Under the pieces are notes generated by a model. That model was given only the letters and a program-made list of their open reading frames with translations. It was not told the origin of the DNA and ran no database searches. A program made the translations under genes and the position numbers. Shown one piece after another: positions 7,231 through 15,924 of a stretch of DNA of 32,000 nt (its first letter is position 1; each line of letters opens with the position of its first letter). Source of the stretch: an uncultured archaeon (GTDB lineage: Archaea > Iainarchaeota > Iainarchaeia > Iainarchaeales > Iainarchaeaceae); the NCBI GenBank assembly GCA_964577555.1, contig CAZNZM010000001.1, positions 87,278 through 119,277 of the forward strand, given 5' to 3'.

Positions 7231-8451
7231 CTAATTTTTACCACCATTGTTGTTCTTTTTTTCCAATATTTCAAGGCCTGGCAATGGTTCGTTTGAAAGA
7301 AATTGCAGTAAAGCTTTTCCTGCAAGCGAAACGTGGCTGAAATCTTGGGGCATCAAGCCAAACATTGTTATAGCCCTTTCAGTATCGCCTCCGCCAAGAA
7401 TTGAAAAGCATCTGTGGAAGGCTATTGCTTCAAGGATTTTTTTTGTCCCTATCGTGAATTTTTTGTCTTCGTAAACACCCATTGGTCCGTTGAAAACAAC
7501 AACTTTTGAGCTTCTTATTTTCTTTTTGAAAATTTCTGTTGTTTCCCGGCCTATGTCTTTTGAAATGCTGTTGCTTGGCAGGCTTTTCACCATTATTTCT
7601 TGTCTTTTGCCGTTTTCTTCAACTGCCACATCAACTGGCAAAACCAGTTTGTTTCCGTGTTTTTCCAATATTTCTTTTGCTTGTGGCAAAAGCTTGTCAA
7701 ATCCTTTGTCTGCAAAAAATTTCTCTTTTGCGCCAAAATTAATTCCTTGTGCTTTCAAAAAAAGTTCGCCGAACAATCCGCCTATACAGGCTTCGTTGCA
7801 CATTCCTGATTCAAGCATTCCTTTGAGCAATGAAATTGAATCAGAAAGTTTTGAACCTCCTAAAACAACCAGTTTTCCAGCTTTTGTTTCTTTGCTTAGT
7901 TTATCCAATGCTTTTAATTCTCTTTCAAGAGTTGGTCCTGCAACGCATGGCATGTATTTTTTGAAGCCGACAACAGTTGCATGTGGTCTGTGGGAAACAC
8001 TGAGTGCGTCTTGGAGAAAAATATCCCCTAAAGGCCCTAATTTTTTTATGAAATCGTCATTTGCGTGTTCTTCTGGTGTTTTTTCAACCTCTTCATCTTT
8101 TTGGAATCTGGTATTGTCCAAAACTATTATTTCTCCGTTTTGCATGTTTTTTATTGCTGAAACATAATCTTCATCCCACTTGACAAATTTTACTTCTTTA
8201 TCAACAAATTTTCTAATAAAATCGGCGTGCCTTTTTAATGGAATGAATTGGTCAGGCTCTTTTGACCTGCCTTGGTGGCTCATTACGACAATTTTTGCGC
8301 CTTCTTCGCTTAATGCATAAATTGCTTTTGAATGTTCCCTTAGTCTTGAAGAAATTACTACTCTGCCTTCAACAACGGAGCTGTTCAAATCAGCCCTAAA
8401 AAAAATTGTTTTGCCTTTTAAGCTATAATCGAATACACTTTTGTATTTCAC
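7231..8451 (-). CDS. pgk: Phosphoglycerate kinase
   Basis: 406-aa ORF. N-terminal KGKTIFFRADLNS substrate-binding strand, MSHQGR, VVLGGSKLSDSI, VFNGPMGVYE and ILGGGDTE blocks are collinear with PGK. Confidence 0.95.
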   Translation of the reverse strand: MKYKSVFDYSLKGKTIFFRADLNSSVVEGRVVISSRLREHSKAIYALSEEGAKIVVMSHQGRSKEPDQFIPLKRHADFIRKFVDKEVKFVKWDEDYVSAIKNMQNGEIIVLDNTRFQKDEEVEKTPEEHANDDFIKKLGPLGDIFLQDALSVSHRPHATVVGFKKYMPCVAGPTLERELKALDKLSKETKAGKLVVLGGSKLSDSISLLKGMLESGMCNEACIGGLFGELFLKAQGINFGAKEKFFADKGFDKLLPQAKEILEKHGNKLVLPVDVAVEENGKRQEIMVKSLPSNSISKDIGRETTEIFKKKIRSSKVVVFNGPMGVYEDKKFTIGTKKILEAIAFHRCFSILGGGDTERAITMFGLMPQDFSHVSLAGKALLQFLSNEPLPGLEILEKKNNNGGKN

Positions 8452-8670
8452 GAGAACCCAATCCTCCCGAGGGAAAAAAACCCTTTAACTATATTTTTCT
8501 AAAAACAAATATTTATTATTAACCTGGTTTTGCAAAAAAAAATCAAGTTTTGGTTTTTAAAAATAGGGTTGATTTTTGGTGAATGGCAATTTACCTTGGA
8601 ATTCCTATTTTGGTTCGAATTGTTTGCCAATCTTTTTAAATTTGGATTTGTCAAATTTTATTTTGTAAAG

Positions 8671-9438
8671 GTGAATTTTTTGAAAGCGATTGATTTGAAA
8701 AAAGCCAGTGGTTTGCCGATAAAATTGATTGAAAACAAATTGGTTTTCGGAAAAGGAATGGAAAAAATCGAGCCTGATATAAGGACAAGGGAACAAATGT
8801 TGCCGGTGCTGAAAAACCCTGATTTTGCCTCTCCTAAGGAGTTTTATTACATGTATAGGGATGTCAAGTTGAAAAAAGATGAAAAAAAACTGATGGAAAA
8901 TAATGTTAGGTATGATATAACCGTACTTCCGCCTTTTTTGATTGGAGACGAATTTAACAAGACTTTCGGGCACTTTCATCCAAAAGTTCCTGGAACTGAA
9001 ACATGGTATCCTGAAGTTTACGAGGTTTTGCATGGCACCGCACATTATTTGTTGCAAAAGGAAAATGAAATGGTTGTGTTTGATGCAAGGCCGGGAGACA
9101 AGTGCATTATGTTGCCTGGCTATGGACATATAACTGTAAATCCTTCGAAAGAAACTTTGGTAATGGCTAATCTTGTATGCCCGGAATTCAAATCGGATTA
9201 TGAGCCAATAAAAATGTTGAAAGGCGGAGCTTATTATGAAACAATAAATGGTTTTGTTAAAAACAAAAATTATTCAAAAGACGTTTTAATAAAAATTATC
9301 GAGCCAAAGCAATTCCATGATTTTGGCATAACAAAAAAACCGCTTTATAAAGAGTTTTCTTCCGACCCAAAAAATTTTTTATGGTTGTCAAAGCCGCAAC
9401 AATTCATTCAAAAATTTGCAGAATATAATAAAAAATAA
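8671..9438 (+). CDS. pgiA: Cupin-type glucose-6-phosphate isomerase (cPGI, PF06560-like)
   Basis: Metal-binding cupin motifs TFGHFHP...EVYEVLHG and LPGYGHITVN align with Pyrococcus-type PGI (TKGHFH...EVY, PPYWAHRTVN). The track start 8530 adds an F/L/W-rich stretch that looks like translated T-rich intergenic DNA. GTG 8671 or TTG 8680 (after AGGTGA) is more plausible. Confidence 0.85.
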   Translation: MNFLKAIDLKKASGLPIKLIENKLVFGKGMEKIEPDIRTREQMLPVLKNPDFASPKEFYYMYRDVKLKKDEKKLMENNVRYDITVLPPFLIGDEFNKTFGHFHPKVPGTETWYPEVYEVLHGTAHYLLQKENEMVVFDARPGDKCIMLPGYGHITVNPSKETLVMANLVCPEFKSDYEPIKMLKGGAYYETINGFVKNKNYSKDVLIKIIEPKQFHDFGITKKPLYKEFSSDPKNFLWLSKPQQFIQKFAEYNKK

Positions 9439-9464
9439 GAAAAAATTAAATAGAAAAAATTTTC

Positions 9465-9600
9465 AAAAAAAATCTAAAAAAAATAGCTCGCAAAAAAAAC
9501 ACAAAAAAAACAAAAAAACAACCAAAAAAATAAAACAAAATTTCAAACAAAAAAATAAAAAAAATAAAAAGGCTCGCAAAAAAACAAACCAAAAAATTTT
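9465..9600. repeat. Second, diverged copy of the A-rich repeat segment seen at 1-152 (two GCTCGC cores about 86 nt apart)
   Basis: 9472-9495 (atctaaaaaaaatagctcgcaaaa) differs from nt 1-24 at one position. acacaaaaaaaa, caacc and a second ggctcgcaaaaa core (9571-9582) follow, as in locus 1. It fills the gap between convergent pgi and gap. Confidence 0.7.
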
Positions 9601-9620
9601 GGTGAAGTTTCTGAAAAAAT

Positions 9621-10610
9621 TCATAATTTCAAGTGTTTTATGACATCAACTATTCTTTGCGAATAACCCATTTCGTTGTCATACCATGAAACCACTTGAA
9701 CCAAAGTTCCGCCAATTACTTTTGTTAGTTTTGAATCAAATATGCTTGATCTCGTGTCACCAATTATGTCTGTTGAAACTATTGGTTCGTCAGTATAACC
9801 TAAAATTCCTTTTAGGCTTCCTTCAGCCGCTTTTTTCATTTCTGCGTTGATTTCTTCGGCAGTAGTGGGTTTTTCCAATTCTGCGGTTATGTCAACAAGC
9901 GAGCCAGCCGGGACTGGAACTCTTATGGCTTTGCCGTCTATTTTGCCTTTGAGTGCGGGAATTACTTTTGCAGCGGCTTCGGAAGCGCCTGTTTTGGTTG
10001 GAACTATGTTAATTGCCGCAGCCCTTGCCCTTCTGAAATCTTCGTGTGTTGCGTCAACAAGGTTTTGGTCATGAGTATATGCATGAATCGTCGTCATAAA
10101 GCCTCTTTTTATTCCGAATTTTTCATTCAGTACTTTCAAGACTGGCATGAGACAATTGGTAGTGCATGAAGCATTATCTATTACAGGATCTGAAAGCTCC
10201 AATTTATCAGTATTCACGCCCAATACAAAGCTTTGCATGTCTCCTTTGCCGGGAGCTGAAATTATTACTTTTTTTGCCCCGGCTTTTATGTGTCCGCCAG
10301 CATCGTCCTTTCCCCTGAAAACACCTGTGCTTTCCACAACTACATCAACACCAAGTTCTTTCCAAGGAAGCTGTTCAGGTTTTACCCTTAACGAAATGAC
10401 TTTGACTTTTTTCCCATCAATGACAAGATTATCGCCTTCCAAAGAAACCGAGCCTTTGTATTTGCCATAAACCGAATCATATTTGAACAAATATTTTGCA
10501 CTTTCAGCGCCTTGCGGATGATTCACAACCCAATCAATACCTTCTTCCCTTATACCTTGCCTTAAAACAAGCCTTCCAATTCTTCCAAACCCGTTTATTG
10601 CAACTTTCAT
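9621..10610 (-). CDS. gap: Glyceraldehyde-3-phosphate dehydrogenase, class I (bacterial/eukaryotic type)
   Basis: KVAINGFGRIGR Rossmann motif, active-site SCTTNCL, C-terminal WYDNEMGYS. GGAGGT abuts the first ATG (10616), so the second ATG (10610, MKVAING...) is the likelier start. Confidence 0.95.
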   Translation of the reverse strand: MKVAINGFGRIGRLVLRQGIREEGIDWVVNHPQGAESAKYLFKYDSVYGKYKGSVSLEGDNLVIDGKKVKVISLRVKPEQLPWKELGVDVVVESTGVFRGKDDAGGHIKAGAKKVIISAPGKGDMQSFVLGVNTDKLELSDPVIDNASCTTNCLMPVLKVLNEKFGIKRGFMTTIHAYTHDQNLVDATHEDFRRARAAAINIVPTKTGASEAAAKVIPALKGKIDGKAIRVPVPAGSLVDITAELEKPTTAEEINAEMKKAAEGSLKGILGYTDEPIVSTDIIGDTRSSIFDSKLTKVIGGTLVQVVSWYDNEMGYSQRIVDVIKHLKL

Positions 10611-10770
10611 TAACATACCTCCAAAACCGCTAAAGTATAAAATTAAGTAAAAACCTTAATTTAAACTTATAAGGAAAAAATTGTAATTTCTACAAAAGTA
10701 CTTTTTTACAAAAAAATAGGTTTTTTTAACTTTAAAAAAGCTAAAATACTAAATAGACAATTTATAATGC

Positions 10771-11742
10771 ATGGTTGAAAATATTGGAGGCATTCTTGTT
10801 CCGGAAACAAAGCGTTTTGATTCCAAGCAAGCTATAATTGGCTTAGCAATAAGCGCCATATTAATAGCCACGCCATTATACGTTTACAAACCTGGCTTAG
10901 ACACTGAAAATTTTATTTTATTATTAATTGCTGGAATAACAATGTCCTATTTTATTGCGTCTTCGCTGCAACAACTCAAAGAAAAAAAATTTGAAAATCT
11001 GGATTATTTAGACAAGGCAATTATTATTGCATTGCTAACTGTGATATTTATAGAAGCAATTATATTGACGTTATTTTTTATATCCCCAAACTTATTAGGA
11101 ATAAAAATTGAACAACCTGAAAACCCAAAAATAAGTTCCAATTACGGCTTGGCTGCGGAAAATTATAGGAAAGCAATTTTAACGGGCAATGAGGAATTAA
11201 TAAATGAAAAATTGAAAGAATTTGAAGAAGAGCAAAACAATGCATCTGAAAAGCTTGAAGAGGAATGCAAAAGCGACGAATACAAAGCAAGCGAGTTGTG
11301 CTTGCAAAAATCAAAAGCTGTTCAATGCCACAAAAAAATTGTTTCGGCTTTGGCTGAGCTTGGCAAACAACGTTCACAAAACCAAAACCAAACAGAAAAT
11401 TGCAAATCGGTTTTATCAAAAAATTCTTTGGCAGAATGCGTAATGGTGCTTGAAGCTTTGGGACTTCCGTCTAATTACTTTAATAATTTGTGTTCTCAGA
11501 ATCAATCAGGCGATTCCGCAAGCCAAGAAGACAACGTTGAAAACCCACAAAGCTATACTGATAAAAACGTGGAGTATGACCCAAACGAAGGAAAAAGCGC
11601 ATGTACTTTTTTCAACGGGTATTTTTGTGAACTTGAAGAAATATGTCCTGGCAATTTGCTTGATTATGGTTCAACAGACAGGTGTTGCGAAATTCCGTGT
11701 GTAAAAAAATACGAAGAAGAAATTAATGATTACAATGAATAA
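10771..11742 (+). CDS. Hypothetical polytopic membrane protein with helical Cys-containing region and C-terminal Cys-knot
   Basis: 323-aa ORF with about 4 N-terminal TM helices and a charged helical segment with spaced Cys. The C-terminus is CTFFNGYFCELEEICPGNLLDYGSTDRCCEIPC. No family recognised. Confidence 0.6.
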   Translation: MVENIGGILVPETKRFDSKQAIIGLAISAILIATPLYVYKPGLDTENFILLLIAGITMSYFIASSLQQLKEKKFENLDYLDKAIIIALLTVIFIEAIILTLFFISPNLLGIKIEQPENPKISSNYGLAAENYRKAILTGNEELINEKLKEFEEEQNNASEKLEEECKSDEYKASELCLQKSKAVQCHKKIVSALAELGKQRSQNQNQTENCKSVLSKNSLAECVMVLEALGLPSNYFNNLCSQNQSGDSASQEDNVENPQSYTDKNVEYDPNEGKSACTFFNGYFCELEEICPGNLLDYGSTDRCCEIPCVKKYEEEINDYNE

Positions 11743-11756
11743 CAGAGTGATTAGAA

Positions 11757-12713
11757 ATGCAAAAAAATTTCAGAAAAATAGTGTTTTTTATTATATTATT
11801 AATTGTGTATTTTACAGGAATTGCTTTTGCAGAGTGTTTAAACGCTGCGGATTGCAGTGAAGGAAAAATTTGTGTTGCGGGAGAATGTTCTGTTTGCAAT
11901 CAAAAAAACTCAGGATTGCCTTGTAGTGACGATTCGAAAAACGATTATAACAACGATGGCATATGCACTTATGACGGTTTATGCTCAGAGTCAGTGGTTT
12001 GTCTTGACATTTCATTGAACAAGCATTTTTTTGGTTGCCAGTGTGCCAACGGCTCGCCGTGTAGCATAAGGCCTTTTGGTGAATTCAATACAAACGGGGT
12101 TTGTCTAAACGAAAAATGCGAATCAAAGTATTGTTCGTCTTCCAACCCTTTAATTCCGCAAATTTGCAGTTCAATTGAAATAACGTGTTCTGAATCAAAT
12201 GAAGGCAAATTTTGCGATTATGTTGGGGATGGGGAATTTGCCCCTGAAGGAAAACGCTGTTATTCTGGAAATTGCTCAAAAGAGGCTATATTACAAAAAA
12301 AAGAAGAGGGTGAAAAACAAGAAAAAAAAATCGACAATCCTTTTTTTCCTAATCAAGAAACAATCCAAGAAAATACTTCTAAGATAAGTTTGGCAGAACT
12401 CATTTTTGGAAAAATAATTTTTGACAGAAATTTGTTCGCTGCGTTCATGCTTTTGGCACTAATAGGCTCTTATTTTGTATTCTTGAAAACCGGGATGTTT
12501 TTTCCAACAAATGCTTCAACAACCCAAAAACAATTAGCATTGGTTAAAAGATTTCTTGCGGCCGCCTTCCTCTTCCTATTGACTTTCCAATTAGGCAGGC
12601 TTTCAAATTATTATATTTCATTTTTGTTCGTCATACTTGTAGTGCTATCAATAATAATGTCCGACAATTACTTGAGAAAAGTAAAGGGGCAAAGGCAAGC
12701 AATAAAAGTTTAA
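11757..12713 (+). CDS. Secreted Cys-rich repeat protein with C-terminal membrane anchor
   Basis: Signal peptide MQKNFRKIVFFIILLIVYFTGIAFA-EC. Three Cys-rich modules (G-x-PC...NG-x-C...C). A K/E linker. Then 2-3 TM helices. GTGAT SD-like motif upstream. Confidence 0.7.
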   Translation: MQKNFRKIVFFIILLIVYFTGIAFAECLNAADCSEGKICVAGECSVCNQKNSGLPCSDDSKNDYNNDGICTYDGLCSESVVCLDISLNKHFFGCQCANGSPCSIRPFGEFNTNGVCLNEKCESKYCSSSNPLIPQICSSIEITCSESNEGKFCDYVGDGEFAPEGKRCYSGNCSKEAILQKKEEGEKQEKKIDNPFFPNQETIQENTSKISLAELIFGKIIFDRNLFAAFMLLALIGSYFVFLKTGMFFPTNASTTQKQLALVKRFLAAAFLFLLTFQLGRLSNYYISFLFVILVVLSIIMSDNYLRKVKGQRQAIKV

Positions 12714-12834
12714 GAAATTGAAAAAAAATCAGGACAATTTCCAAGGTATTATAACAAAAATTTCTAATAACAGAAAATCAACCAATTTATTAAATATTAA
12801 TTGTTATTTGTTTTATTTTAATGGCGGATAAAAT

Positions 12835-13803
12835 ATGTTGGATATAATTTCTTTCGGCTCTGCAACTGAAGATGTTTTCGTGCATGTTCCTAAAAGCAAT
12901 TTTGGCCAAAATGGTTGTATTTTTCACCCTGGAACAAAAATTGAAATAGAGGACATGGATTATTTTATTGGTGGCGGAGCAACAAATACTGCAGTTGGTT
13001 TTTCGCGTTTTGGCCTCAAAGCCGGGGCGGTATTTGCAATAGGTGATGATGAAAGCGGTGCAGCAGTTCTCAAGGAATTAAAGAAGGAAAAGGTGTATAC
13101 AAAAAATGCTTTGGTTGTAAAAGGCAAAAAAACTTCTTATTCGGTAATTCTCACGGGTTTTGGCAGGGACAGGGTTATTTTAGTTTATAGTTCTTCTACC
13201 GCGATGCTTAATAAAATCAGGATTAATTGGAAAAAAATCAAGGCTAAATGGTTTTACGTTTCTTCATTGCACGCTGAACCCAAAATGCTTAAGGAAATAG
13301 CAAGGCATGCAAAAAAAATTAATGCGAAAGTGGCATTTAACCCTGGACAAAAAGAGCTTGAGCTTGGAATTGGCGGAATAAAAAATATTTTTGGTAAGGT
13401 GAATATACTAATATTGAACAATCATGAAGCAATGAAGCTTACTGGTTCCGCCGATATTAAAAGGAATCTTGCAAAATTGCTTGAAATAGGAAAAGTAGTA
13501 GTTATAACCGAAGGACAAAATGGAGCTCACGCAACAGACGGAAATTTTGTTTATTCTATCAAGCCTTACGAAGTAAATGTAATTGATTCAACTGGAGCTG
13601 GCGATGCTTTTGGTTGCGGTTTTGTCGGGGCTTTTGTGAAAGGAAAAAGCATTGAGGATTGCATGAAATTCGGAACAGCCAACGCGTGTTCGGTTATCAT
13701 GTATTTGGGCACAAAAAACAAGTTGCTTCGCTGGAACGAAGTGCCGAAATTTATTAAGGAACATTCAAGAAACGGAAGACAGGTTGAAGTGAAAAATTTG
13801 TGA
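12835..13803 (+). CDS. PfkB-family carbohydrate/nucleoside kinase (ribokinase-like)
   Basis: N-terminal GSATEDVFV, GGGATNTA, and PfkB signature DSTGAGDAFGCGFV near the C-terminus. Substrate cannot be assigned from sequence alone. Confidence 0.9.
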   Translation: MLDIISFGSATEDVFVHVPKSNFGQNGCIFHPGTKIEIEDMDYFIGGGATNTAVGFSRFGLKAGAVFAIGDDESGAAVLKELKKEKVYTKNALVVKGKKTSYSVILTGFGRDRVILVYSSSTAMLNKIRINWKKIKAKWFYVSSLHAEPKMLKEIARHAKKINAKVAFNPGQKELELGIGGIKNIFGKVNILILNNHEAMKLTGSADIKRNLAKLLEIGKVVVITEGQNGAHATDGNFVYSIKPYEVNVIDSTGAGDAFGCGFVGAFVKGKSIEDCMKFGTANACSVIMYLGTKNKLLRWNEVPKFIKEHSRNGRQVEVKNL

Positions 13804-13839
13804 GATTTTTCTGCAAAACCAAAATAAACAATATATTTT

Positions 13840-14514
13840 TCATTCGTCTTTGTCAGAGTATTGTTCGTATTTTGAGTTGTTGAATCTGTAAAGAAATTTT
13901 TTTATTTTGCTTTTTTTATAAGTGTAAAAGTCGAGGACTTCGTGTTTTTGGCCGCAAAATTTGTTGAAATTTACTTCTTGACAGGGATCAAGAATGCAAA
14001 AGGTTCCTTGTGATTGATTTTCTTCTTTTTGATCAGGATTTTTTCTAATCTGATTCTCGTTTGTTTTCATTGTTGTAGGCAGTATTGTAACAACAAAAGC
14101 ATGGGGTAAGCCGTTTTCCAATTCTGCTATTACTACTTCTGCATTTTCGTCTCCAAGGCTGTAAAGCAATGAGCAAAGGAAAATCGCTTTGTCTTCGTCG
14201 TCAGCCACTTTTTCTGAAACTATTTCTTTTGGAGTAAGCCAATACGAAATTCCAATGTCAGGCTCAAAAGTTGTTATTTCATCCCGTACAAAGTTGAAAC
14301 ATTTTTCTGCGGCTTTTGAATAATTGACAGGGTATAAATAGTTTTCTCCTGAAAATGATTGAACAATTGATTGTATTGTAAGGTCATTCTTTGTAACCAT
14401 TGCTTTTATTTCGCCAACAGTTTTCTGTTCTTTCTCGTTTATTAGGTTAGAATAGCGATTTACCAGTATTTTAAGTATTTTTGCAAGAAGTTCAGGGTTA
14501 CTTTCATCACCCAT
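13840..14514 (-). CDS. Hypothetical cytoplasmic protein, possibly transglutaminase-like fold with the nucleophile Cys replaced
   Basis: 224-aa ORF. YWLTPKEIVSEKVADDEDKAIFLCSLLYSLGDENAEVV...LPHAFVV...ILDP resembles the W-x-P...G-x-C-x-D-x-A...H...D layout of transglutaminase-like proteases, but has D where the Cys is expected. The functional call is tentative. Confidence 0.45.
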   Translation of the reverse strand: MGDESNPELLAKILKILVNRYSNLINEKEQKTVGEIKAMVTKNDLTIQSIVQSFSGENYLYPVNYSKAAEKCFNFVRDEITTFEPDIGISYWLTPKEIVSEKVADDEDKAIFLCSLLYSLGDENAEVVIAELENGLPHAFVVTILPTTMKTNENQIRKNPDQKEENQSQGTFCILDPCQEVNFNKFCGQKHEVLDFYTYKKSKIKKFLYRFNNSKYEQYSDKDE

Positions 14515-14676
14515 AATAAATAATATTTATTTGGTAAAGTGGTTAAAACTTGCTTTTTTGAAAAACGATGAAATAAAAGGTTTTTAATGCCAAAACGGCT
14601 TAAATAACTAAAAAAAAGCTTTTTTTCGGAAAAAAGTAATATTTAATTGTCCAATTGCCTTATTTTATAGATTTTT

Positions 14677-15093
14677 ATGGAAAAATTCAAGAGAAAAAAC
14701 GGACAGGTTGCTTTTGAATATTTGATAGTAACGGGGTTTTTTTTGTTGGTTGCCGGAACTTTTTTTATATATGCAATTGTAACCGTGAATTCTTCTCTTG
14801 GAAGCCAACAAGGCAACGATGCGGTTTCAGTGATAGCAAGCAACGCAGATTTTGTAGCATCTTTGGGAAGTGGCAGCAACATAGTTTTTGACGTGGTTTT
14901 TCCAGACAATAGTACCAACTTGCAAATTTATGAAAAACAAGTAAGGCTTGTGGTTGGCTCTGGCGATAACGCCTCCAGTTTTTACGCTTATACAAAAGCA
15001 AATATGACTCCAACAACTATTCCGGTTGAAGGCGGAAAGCGTTATTTGAAAGCTGTTTTTTTTGATGGTAATGTCTTGGTGGTGGCAGAATGA
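14677..15093 (+). CDS. Prepilin-like protein 1 (class III signal peptide)
   Basis: MEKFKRKNG-QVAFEYLIVTGFFLLVAGTFFIYAIV: basic leader, G-Q site, E at +5, hydrophobic helix. First gene of the coupled cluster. AT-box atatttaat lies about 35 nt upstream. Confidence 0.8.
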   Translation: MEKFKRKNGQVAFEYLIVTGFFLLVAGTFFIYAIVTVNSSLGSQQGNDAVSVIASNADFVASLGSGSNIVFDVVFPDNSTNLQIYEKQVRLVVGSGDNASSFYAYTKANMTPTTIPVEGGKRYLKAVFFDGNVLVVAE

Positions 15094-15446
15094 AAGGACA
15101 AAGCTCTGCTGAAGCGCTTATAGGAGTTGCATTTATATTGTTAGTATTGCTGGTTGTTATTTGGCAAAGCATTGAAATGGAGTCAAAAAGAAAAATGGTT
15201 GAAAATTTAGAAATATCGAAAAATGAGTGTTTTAAAATCCAAGGAGCAATATTAGCGGTTTATAGTGTTCCGGAAAATTCCCAAATAGAAATTTTTTCAA
15301 GTGTTGATTTCAATATTTCTGGGGAAAAAATAATAATGAATGGATTCAATTGCGATCATGTTGGGAGTCCTATTAATAAAAATTTGAAAAAAGGAAATGT
15401 CAGAATAAGAAAATCAAATGGTGGATTTGATGTTAGCAACTTCTAA
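15090..15446 (+). CDS. Prepilin-like protein 2 (class III signal peptide)
   Basis: MKG-QSSAEALIGVAFILLVLLVVIW. The start overlaps the upstream stop (ATGA at 15090-15093). Confidence 0.75.
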   Translation: MKGQSSAEALIGVAFILLVLLVVIWQSIEMESKRKMVENLEISKNECFKIQGAILAVYSVPENSQIEIFSSVDFNISGEKIIMNGFNCDHVGSPINKNLKKGNVRIRKSNGGFDVSNF

Positions 15447-15924
15447 AGGGCAAGGATTAATAATAGATTTTTCTCTTGGGTTTTTCGTATTTATAATAAT
15501 TTTCATTACAATAACAAATGCATTCAATTCAAAAATAGAGGATATAAACAAAAAAAACGATTTGGAGGCAATGCGAATAAAAGCCGGAAATTCTATGAAC
15601 TTGCTTATTAGGTCTCCTGGAGAGCCAAGTAATTGGGAAAACCTGCCAATTTCTTCGGTAAAATACATAGGCTTGGCATCCAATGACAGAAATATATTGG
15701 AAACAAAACTTTCAGCGTTTTCTAATCTCGGAGAAAATTATTTTGAAGGAAAAAGAAAAATAGGTTTGGCGGAATATGATTTCTTTTTTGAATTCCAAGG
15801 GGTTGATGATGTTAATGCCGGTTTGGAGCCTTTTGGCGATATTGACAAGGTTGTTGAAACAAGAGTAGTAAGCTACAAGGGGGAGAGTGCAATTGCAAGA
15901 CTCGTTGTTTATAAAAGCGGATAA
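15418..15924 (+). CDS. Prepilin-like protein 3 (class III signal peptide)
   Basis: (MVDL)MLATSKG-QGLIIDFSLGFFVFIIIFITI. ATG 15418 or in-frame ATG 15430. Overlaps the upstream gene. Confidence 0.7.
   Translation: MVDLMLATSKGQGLIIDFSLGFFVFIIIFITITNAFNSKIEDINKKNDLEAMRIKAGNSMNLLIRSPGEPSNWENLPISSVKYIGLASNDRNILETKLSAFSNLGENYFEGKRKIGLAEYDFFFEFQGVDDVNAGLEPFGDIDKVVETRVVSYKGESAIARLVVYKSG

Noticed and set aside
7490-8167. 225-aa + strand ORF (and shorter ones at 7247-7474, 7539-7742, 7600-7809) overlapping pgk
   Set aside because: They lie antisense to a confidently identified pgk. Their products are S/F/L/C-rich with no domain signal, which is typical of shadow ORFs on the complement of a real gene.
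8530-8670. N-terminal 47 codons of the track ORF for pgi
   Set aside because: The F/L/W-rich sequence has no counterpart in cupin PGIs and lies in the T-rich divergent promoter region. An SD-like AGGTGA precedes the in-frame TTG 8680.
8605-9129. 174-aa - strand ORF inside the pgi region
   Set aside because: It is antisense to the cupin PGI, whose motifs are unambiguous. Its composition looks like a shadow frame.
9416-9643. 75-aa lysine-rich ORF (and an analogous unlisted ORF at 12-152 encoding MARKTNTKKNNQQKK...)
   Set aside because: The K/N/Q content follows directly from translating poly-A-rich repeat DNA. The 9416 ORF also overlaps the ends of both pgi and gap. I treat the repeat as non-coding, though a tiny basic peptide cannot be fully excluded.
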